Assembly: GCA_964016885.1 (NCBI GenBank)
Contig: CAXHJY010000874.1
Location: forward strand, 13,789 to 77,788
Length of the DNA stretch: 64,000 nucleotides
Direction: 5' to 3'
Source: Eledone cirrhosa
Taxonomy: Eukaryota
Under the pieces are notes generated by a model, which did not search any database, had not been told where the DNA came from, and was given only the letters and a program-made list of their open reading frames with translations. Position numbers and translations under genes: made by a program. This document shows, piece after piece, positions 55,615-64,000 of this stretch. Each line of letters opens with the position of its first letter. The first letter of the stretch is position 1.

Positions 55615-56159
55615 ATGTATATATATATGCTTTATATATACATATCGATATTTTGTGTCTGCGTGAGTGTGTATGTATTAGAATCTAGTAGATCAACTAT
55701 AATTTCTCTTCACTTCAAAGGGTTCTTGTCATGCCTCGAGGAACAAATCAATTCTATAATACAGCATCATCATCATCAGCATCATCATCATTCTTTTCTT
55801 TCTTTCTAAAACCTTTTCTCTCTTCCTTTCTTTCTCACTATAACTCTCCCCACCCCGTCTCCCTTACATTACATTTTAACGCCAGTATTGATATTTACAA
55901 AAGCACATCCGCTTCCGGTGCGGTCGTACCTCTGTTTTGACTTTTTTGAAGGATGTTACATTTAACAAAGAGATCTCCATTTCACTTCTTTTGGTAGATA
56001 TAGGAAACATGATGGTTTGAATGGGAACGTCTATCTTCACTATACATACACACACATGTACACACACACACACACACACACACACATGCATACAGACATA
56101 CACACACATGTACACACACACATACATACACACATACATACATACATACACATACATGT

Positions 56160-56516
<357 letters not shown>

Positions 56517-56521
<5 letters not shown>

Positions 56522-57560
56522 AGCAAAATGATTAATGAAAGAGTTACAAGCCGTTAAAACATATCTTTATAAAGCTCTTACATATGTTTCGCCCAATGGG
56601 GCTCTTCTGAGGCAGACACAAAGGCAAAGTTTTTAATAAAATACCCTGTACGGTTAGAATAATACTTTAACATTAGAATGCATTTTTAAGTATAGAAAAA
56701 TGGAGGAAAGGTGATTGTGATCTAAGGGAGGTAATCACCGGTGCAGTGTAAAGTTACTTGTCAAACTGATGACCGCTACAGGCATAGTAGGAAATTTTAT
56801 TTATTATTTAAAGAGAATTAACGTAAGTTTAATTAATGAGGCGGTGTGAGTATGAGTATAAATTATTAGTAAAGTCATTAAAGACTATACACAAGTATAA
56901 CTAATGTAAAGTTGCAAGTTCAGTGTGAGTTTGAAGGCCTAGAAAGGTAGAGACACTTTAGATGGAATTTGTATAATTATATGATCAGTTGTCTAAGAAG
57001 TTGATTGGGTATAAGCGGCGGTTCTGTAAAATTACCCAAAGATCTGTCTGGCAGTGTGGAAGAATATAGCGGGGTAAGCCCAGATGAATATATGTAGTGC
57101 AGCTCTCTGGGGGAGAACAGAGGGTGGATGATGGTGTTGTTCTAAGATGGTAAGTCCACAGCCCGTAAGTCGGGCCAGGGTGTGGTGTTGAGTGCCTCAG
57201 GTGTTATGGTGGTTATGTGGTTGTTGGGGTCATCTATAGAAAGATTGTTGTAGTCTATGGCCGCAATTGATGACAGTTTCAGCCCGACTATTTATGAGGT
57301 CCTGGGGTGCTTGCACTATATAGTATAGTTCCATTAGCCAGAGTTGGCAGCATTTAAAAAAATTGTATGGTGTTGCTTGGTTCACAATTTCCCAATAAGT
57401 GGTGAAGCTAATGTTAGAGTCATTTAACTGGGTGATATAATTAGCGAGGGACGTAGAGTATCTAAGTTTCTTATTCCTAAAAGAGTGGAGGTGTGCTCGA
57501 AATCTTGTCTTACATCTGGTCTTACATAGTAGCTATCTCTGGGTCGTTCAAGACCAGATT
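56517..57560 (-). mobile_element. 5'-truncated second copy of the 50172 Naiad element (EN 3' half, 3' UTR, pLTR with hammerhead variant), inverted
   Basis: 57150-57560 is the reverse complement of about 53115-53510. 56521-56736 is the reverse complement of 50172-50386. Confidence 0.92.
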
Positions 57561-57665
57561 TTTTACTTGCCATATATATATATAATGTGTTTGTGTGTAT
57601 GCTTGTATGTATAGATACACCTATGTAACAAGACAAATACGCTATATGTAAGATAGCAAGTTCAC

Positions 57666-57716
<51 letters not shown>

Positions 57717-57733
57717 CTTACACATAGATATAT

Positions 57734-57819
<86 letters not shown>

Positions 57820-57882
57820 GATTTCGCTTCAAGCATATATATTCTCGACTGTTTTCAAGTCCAGCAGTTGCAAGCGGTGGGA

Positions 57883-57935
57883 GGGACCGTTCTGAAGAAG
57901 GCCAGTCAAGCCTGAAATGCATAGACGGTTGTCCC
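57883..57935 (+). ncRNA. Minimal type I hammerhead ribozyme
   Basis: ACCGTT-CTGAAGA-AGGC cagtcaa GCCT-GAAA-TGCA-TA-GACGGT, extended by GGGA/TCCC. Stem III is one base pair with a palindromic ATGCAT. Confidence 0.88.
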
Positions 57936-58063
57936 CCATGCTTCTGCTGGACACCACCAGAGGGCGTTAGTCCCGGTCTTAGCATAGCTACGGCTTCCTA
58001 AAACCATGTTTCTTTAGAAATACATTTCTATACACACACACGCACACACATATATATATATAT

Positions 58064-60051
58064 ATTAAAATAACAGATTAAAGTTTAAGTAAAGAATCGC
58101 TGCTTTCACCCTTAACGGGATCTTCTGAAACTAACAAAGTCAATCTGTAAACGCAGAAGTGGATATTTAAAAAAACGTTGCAACCGGAGGAAGACAGGAA
58201 GACGATACTTTGGTTCGTGGAAACGTTCCCTGGCAAAGAACGGGAAAAAAACGAATATAATACGTCATTAATAGGAGCGGTGAAAAACAATTACGCGCAA
58301 AGACAGAACCACGTTTATGGTATAAAGGAAGTCGTAGACTAATGTTCTCTTAGGTGGTTCATAGAGACGTTCTCTGGCAATGAACGGAAAAAACGAAGAT
58401 AATACGCCAAATGTGGAGCGTGGAGAACAATTGCAAGCAAAGACAAAACCACGTAAATGGTATAGCTGAAGTCGTAGACTAAATTCTAACTAGGAAACCG
58501 AATGAATCTCCGCTTCAGAGTTAAGAATAAAGTAAATAAATACAGAGGTAGTAGAAATTAAATAAATGCATACACGCACATTAGCTAAGATCTTTCTTTC
58601 CCTTATTACGAAGCATTTTCCCCCTACACATAAATATAGTAAAATTTTTAATAGAAATACTATTAACATTTCTTACTCTACGACTCCTAACCTTGCACAT
58701 AACATCACAGCTTCAAATTTAGTTAAACTACCTAGCCGTAGGAACACGTGCAACCCTGTAGTTAGTACTAACTGTAATTGTAGGAATCAGGTTGATTGCC
58801 CCTATCCGGGAAATGCCTCTCTAGTAACATTGTCTACAAATATAAAGTTGAAACACCCACGTCCCGTAGGGAATACATGGGGTTAACCGCCAATAGATTC
58901 AAGCAGCGTCTTTACATGCATACCCATTCTTTTTGTTACCCTCTAAGAAGGAATATGACGTCACTTTCAGCTTATATCTGGAGTCTAAAAGACAACCACA
59001 CCCAATTTAAGTTACACTGGGAGATCCTAGCTAGGGCTAGATCGTATAACGGAAATAAAAGACCATGTGGCCTCTGCGCCGCTGAGGCCCTGGAAATACT
59101 CTACGCCACAGACCACATCTTAAACAAAAAATCTGAGGCAATTTCGGCTTGTAAACATAAATTGCACAAAACTTTCCTGTATTACAGCCCCACATTATAC
59201 CCTAACGGATAGTACGATCTATACGTGGATATTTTACGTCTTGATGTGGTAGCTAAGTATATGTTTTATTTTATACCATTACTTATTTACATAGGTAAGT
59301 ATATATTACCTGTATGTTTTGTGAAGGTACGTATACTTTCTCATACGTATATTTGATTGATTATGTTATGGCGTATAAATTCTCTATATATTCTGGTACA
59401 TATGGTTTGGTGATGTGTATACGGGAGTTTTGCGTCTGCGTGAGTATGCAGGTTCGTACGTATGTAGGGTGTGTGTATATGTGTACTTCATGTTTTGGTT
59501 GACTTACGTCTCCGAACATTTGTGTATTTACATGTAGGTATGTGTATGCGCTTGTTATATACGTTTTTATTTATTTATATGCGTTTATTTAATTATTTAT
59601 TTATTTGTATACACGCACACACACACACACATACATATATTTATATGTGCGTGGTTTTGTATACCTATGGCAAGTATTTTGCGCATGCTTGTGTATGTAC
59701 GTATTTGCATGCGTGTATGCATTTATTTAATTTCTATTACCTCTGTATTGTATTTATTTACTTTATATGACGTATTATATTCGTTTTTTCCCGTTCTTTG
59801 CCAGGGAATGTTTCCACGAACCAAAGTATTGTCTTCCTGTCTTCCTCCGGTTGCAACGTTTTTTTAAATATCCACTTCTGCGTTTACAGATTGACTTTGT
59901 TAGTTTCAGAAGGGTGAAAGCAGCGATTCTTTGCTTAAACTTTAATCTGTTATTTTAATAAATATTTGCTCTACGGTTCTTATATATTTAATATATATTT
60001 ATCCTTATCGAGCCCTCTTTGGATTTTAGTCTTCAAATTTATTATTATTAC
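58064..60051 (+). mobile_element. 5'-truncated Naiad-type PLE with an inverted 5' pLTR
   Basis: 58064-58269 is the reverse complement of 59767-59960. The EN coding region is 58566-59212, and (TA)n lies on both sides. Confidence 0.92.
58566..59212 (+). pseudogene. Naiad linker plus GIY-YIG endonuclease, one frameshift near 58800
   Basis: IFLSLITKHFPPTHKYSKIFNRNTINISYSTTPN..CNCRNQVDCP/LSGKCLSSNIVYKYKV..YMGLTANRFKQR..TSLSAYIWSLK..WEIL..CGLCAAE..LNKKSE..CKH. Confidence 0.92.
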
Positions 60052-60175
<124 letters not shown>

Positions 60176-60327
60176 CTTCTATCTGGATTTGTGACCAACA
60201 GATAGTATTAGCAGTTGGAAAGACCAACGGAAGCATTGTTTCCTCGGTCAGATTTGACGAGCTAAACCCCACTCGTTAAGCGAATGAAGTCTGGGATCTT
60301 GTCGATCAACTGACGATATATATATAT

Positions 60328-61666
60328 CAACTAGAAATTGATTGACATATATATATATTTAAAATAAACACATGAAACAATCACAGGGGATAATTTGTAA
60401 AGTGTGTAATCACACATAGCTAGGTAGGTAACTAATTAAAGTTTAACTAGAGCTTCAAATATTACCTTTTTAAAAAATGATTAATCCTCCTTGTATATAT
60501 TTCATTAAAGAAATATATTTCACCATTAATCCGTAAAGTCACAGTAGTCAAATCTTGGATCTTCAACAAGGGGGAAGATTTAACTATCTGTGTTTACACA
60601 TCAAATGCAAATCTGCGAGTGACCCATCGCACGTGTTGCAATTCTAAAACTACTAACAACATGCTAGCGTCATCCCATTGGCGTGAATAGAGTGATCGAC
60701 AGCTATATATAGCAATTTCTAGTTGATATAAAATGCTCGGATCTATTCATTGGAATCTTTGAGCTTATTCTACGGTGGATATGGCGCATGTCTCGGACAT
60801 GACTCCCTTAGTTTAATTTAATTTAATTTAATTAATTTTGGATATATATATATATCCAAAATTAAGATAAATCAAAATGAATTTAATCTAAATCAAAATT
60901 ATTGGTGTCATGCCAGAAAGGCATGCGCCATATCACCCGTAAAATAAGCTCCAAGATTCTAATGAATAGGTCCGAGCATTTTATAACAACTAGAAATTGA
61001 TTAACATATAAATAAACATATGAAACAATCACAGGGGATAATTTTTACAAGTGTGTAAGCACACATAGCTAGGTAGGTAACTAAATAAAGTTAACTAGAA
61101 CTTCAGAAATAGATACCTTATAATATGATTAATCTTCCCTGTATATATTCCATTAAAGAAATATATTTCACCAATTAATCGAATGGTAAACGACGGAGGC
61201 CGGTACTTGGATTTTCAACAAGGAAGAAGTGAAGCGATCTGTGTTTACACATTAAGTTCAAATCAGCGACTGGCCAGTAACACGTGCTGTATCTACTAAA
61301 AATACACACATCATACCAGCTTCGTCCCAGTGGCGTGAATAGGGTTATCGACAATTAGAAACAGCAGTCAAGTCCTTTCAACAGAGTTAGCTCTACAATT
61401 AAGGAGCCGTATTTATATATCTATATCCAAAATTAAGATAAATCAAGTACCGGCCTCCGTCGTTTACCATTCGATTAATTGGTGAAATATATTTCTTTAA
61501 TGGAATATATACAGGGAAGATTAATCATATTATAAGGTATCTATTTCTGAAGTTCTAGTTAACTTTATTTAGTTACCTACCTAGCTATGTGTGCTTACAC
61601 ACTTGTAAAAATTATCCCCTGTGATTGTTTCATATGTTTATTTATATGTTAACCAATTTCTAGTTG

Positions 61667-61670
<4 letters not shown>
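60328..61670. repeat. Mosaic of direct and inverted copies of one repeat family between TA runs
   Basis: 60328-60701 and 60987-61353 are diverged direct copies. 61444-61670 is a near-identical inversion of 60984-61209. 60713-60805 is an inverted relative of 60905-61000. Confidence 0.85.
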
Positions 61671-61738
<68 letters not shown>

Positions 61739-62407
61739 CAAGGAGACAACAAACAGAAATACAAAAAGTCTTATTAGTTTCACGCTTTATATGAAAAAGG
61801 GGAAAAGAAGTTCGACGTGTCGGGCTTGAGCCCTTCCTCGGGAGTATAAAATAGGGACAGGATCACAAAGGTGAAACAGAAATAAAGAAGGTCCAAGTAA
61901 AGAAAAAAATCGGAAATAAAGAGTGTGAACAAGACAACCCGTTAGATAGTCTTTGTAACGAGTTGCAGAGCAAAATGGAGTGTCGATATTATGTGTGAGT
62001 GTAAGTGTATGTTTAAACGTGTCTGTAAAGAGAGTGTGTGTATGCGTATGTCCGTGTGGTATGAGATAGTGGACTTGTATGTGTGAGTGAATGTAAGTTT
62101 GAATGTGTGTACTTAGTGGCGGACTGGCTAGGTTGCCAGGTTGACCAATGGCAAGTGGGCCCCAGGCGGCCCACGGTAGCATTGCAACGACCCACAGTAG
62201 CATTTATCGTAATATTTCGCTCTAATATAACAGCCTCTCCTCTCTGTTTGGTTGAGCACACTTCTTTGAGCGGTTTGGGCTGCCCTTTTTAGCAGCTCGT
62301 CCCTCAGAGCCCACTGGTTACTACCCTAGGCACGCTGTGATTCTCTCTCCCAGGTGTGCTGGACGGTCGCTCTAGATTCTTTTAGTGTTGTCTGAAATGT
62401 ATAGCCT

Positions 62408-62493
62408 TACACACACTGATGAACCTTAGGCTAATCATTTCTGTCAACAAATTAGTTGGTGAAACAGATCCTTTCGGATGTGTAAGTGTGTGT
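62408..62493 (+). ncRNA. Type I hammerhead ribozyme with a full stem III
   Basis: ACACACA-CTGATGA-ACC..GCTAAT..ATTAGT.GGT-GAAA-CA.ATCC tttc GGAT.TG-TA-AGTGTGT. The core is canonical, with an A.A mismatch at the base of stem I. Confidence 0.72.
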
Positions 62494-63090
62494 TATATAG
62501 TTATCAAGGTACGTATTTGCACTGTGATTTATACTTTTAATTATTGTGTGTCTACTTTGCCTTCCATGGGCTATAGATTCCATTCACTGGTGGTTTTTCC
62601 CTGTTTGACTGATAACGCACTATCTCTCTCTCTCTCTCTCTGGTGTGTTGTCTTTTCTACATATTGTATTATAAAGGGTTCGGGATTCCTTCTCCTTTGA
62701 GCACATTAATGAGAGGGAATAGCGAGAGTCTATGGCTCCGTTAATTTATATATTAATACCATATATATTAATATATTAATACCAATTTATAAATTAATAC
62801 CATAGAACAACCTTAAATCATAGACAACCTATATATTTCTAGGGGTACTTAGTACCCATGGGCATATTAACTTCTTCTACTATTATTCTCCGTTATGTTG
62901 AGAACAAATCTGTTGTTTCTATTTAGCTGCTATTTTTAGTAACGAGATAGACAACATGTCTATGTTTTTCCCGCTTTCACCTCGGGCAGTTCACGTACGG
63001 GTCATTTTTCGGCCTTTTGGATCTGTGCTAGCTGGCAGATAACAATATATTTTATCGTTCCTGGGTCTTTAGCCCTAGGAAAGGAAAATG

Positions 63091-63170
63091 CTTCTCTGAT
63101 GAACTTTGATTTTCCATTGGAAATCCATTGGATTTGTGGTGTTTTACAAAGCGAAACCGATCGGTAAGGG
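63091..63170 (+). ncRNA. Type I hammerhead ribozyme, same loop-3 family as 55217
   Basis: TTCT-CTGATGA-ACTTTG[..]CAAAGC-GAAAC-CGATCG-GTA-AGGG. Confidence 0.8.
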
Positions 63171-63332
63171 CCAAAAGAATAGGTAAATATTTAAATTATA
63201 TTTTTTAATTTATTTTAAAAAATTGGTTGAATTTTGCTTATTCTGCTTATCTTAATATATTATATATATATAATATATATATATATATAGTGACGAAACA
63301 AGTCAATTGCATGAACTCATAATCCTTTATTT

Positions 63333-63388
63333 ACTGCTATATATATTTCGATGATAGCCATTGAATGGCTATGACCTCATCAGGCAGT
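63333..63388 (-). ncRNA. Type I hammerhead ribozyme
   Basis: Minus strand: ACTGC-CTGATGA-GGTcATAGCCA ttcaa TGGCTATcATC-GAAA-TATATA-TA-GCAGT. Stem I is perfect and the core is canonical. Confidence 0.9.
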
Positions 63389-63756
63389 TAGTCAGTTCTT
63401 AGATATGCCAGCTCTGTGTTTATGGTGTTGATGGTATCAGAGCCTTGGGACATATGAGCTTGTTAGGAATAATTTAATGTTGTCAGCAGGAATAGTCTTA
63501 ATTCTCATTAGTCAGTTTGTAGATGCTAGTAGGGTTGGCATTTGACCTCAAAGAGGCAGGTGGTGTTGTAAAGTTCAAACCGTCAGGCAAGATGACAATA
63601 GTTCCATATGACTGATTTTCACAAAAAGCATTCCTGGTCAGATATATATTCAATTAAGGTTAATAGTATGAAATAGATACTACAGGTCATTCTTAAATTG
63701 AGGAATTTATGTGGAGTGGTGCTACTGAAAATTATGGTTAGAGTAGAAAATTTACA

Positions 63757-63792
<36 letters not shown>

Positions 63793-63834
63793 GAGGGTGT
63801 GTGTGTGTAATTACACACAAACTACTGACCAAAT

Positions 63835-63947
63835 AATTATTTCTATTTTTGGCACAAGGCCAGCAATCACCCAGTGCATTACTGGTACTTTATTTTATCT
63901 ACCCCGTAAGGATGAAAGGCAAAGTTAACCTCGGCGGGATTTGAACT
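63835..63947 (-). mobile_element. Truncated Deu/Nin-type SINE with a flanking direct repeat ACTACTGACCAAATAAT
   Basis: Family core present. The 17-bp repeat occurs at 63821 and 63944. Confidence 0.82.
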
Positions 63948-64000
63948 ACTGACCAAATAATATTTGGTATCAATGGTTTAAAGACATCTGTCAAATCAAT

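Noticed and set aside
61808-61845. Hammerhead-like motif on the minus strand (CCGAGGA-AGGGC tcaa GCCC-GACAC-GTC)
   Set aside because: Two core substitutions and a weak stem I. Probably a decayed pLTR ribozyme, so not called as a feature.
61787-62261. Minus-strand ORFs with a signal-peptide-like start
   Set aside because: They lie in a TA-bounded repeat island with low-complexity HT tracts and no recognisable domain. Likely a PLE 3' region.

Overview
This is eukaryotic, AT-rich, repeat-saturated non-genic DNA, and I can support no intact host gene. The SINE families and microsatellite load suggest an octopus or other cephalopod; that is inferred, not proven. The window holds decayed Penelope-like retroelements (PLEs) of at least three clades. 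These are a Penelope/Poseidon-type RT+GIY-YIG (120-3125, minus), a full-length but frameshifted Naiad-type element (50172-53510), three more Naiad endonuclease fragments (11178, 56517, 58566) and a Neptune-type fragment (46250). It also contains a mariner remnant, three MITE families, RTE-LINE 3' ends, dozens of tRNA-derived SINEs, a 7.7 kb array of a 69-bp satellite with block duplications, and an 18-bp CCCTAA-containing minisatellite. The most notable signal is invisible to the ORF track. Seven well-formed type I hammerhead ribozyme motifs, plus several variant or degenerate ones, sit in short PLE terminal-repeat modules stacked inside (TA)n tracts, mostly at 41.7-63.8 kb. They come with a dense series of fold-back palindromes whose centres often lie at a hammerhead-like motif or a (TA)n run. 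Almost all long ORFs in the supplied track are microsatellite or satellite artefacts.
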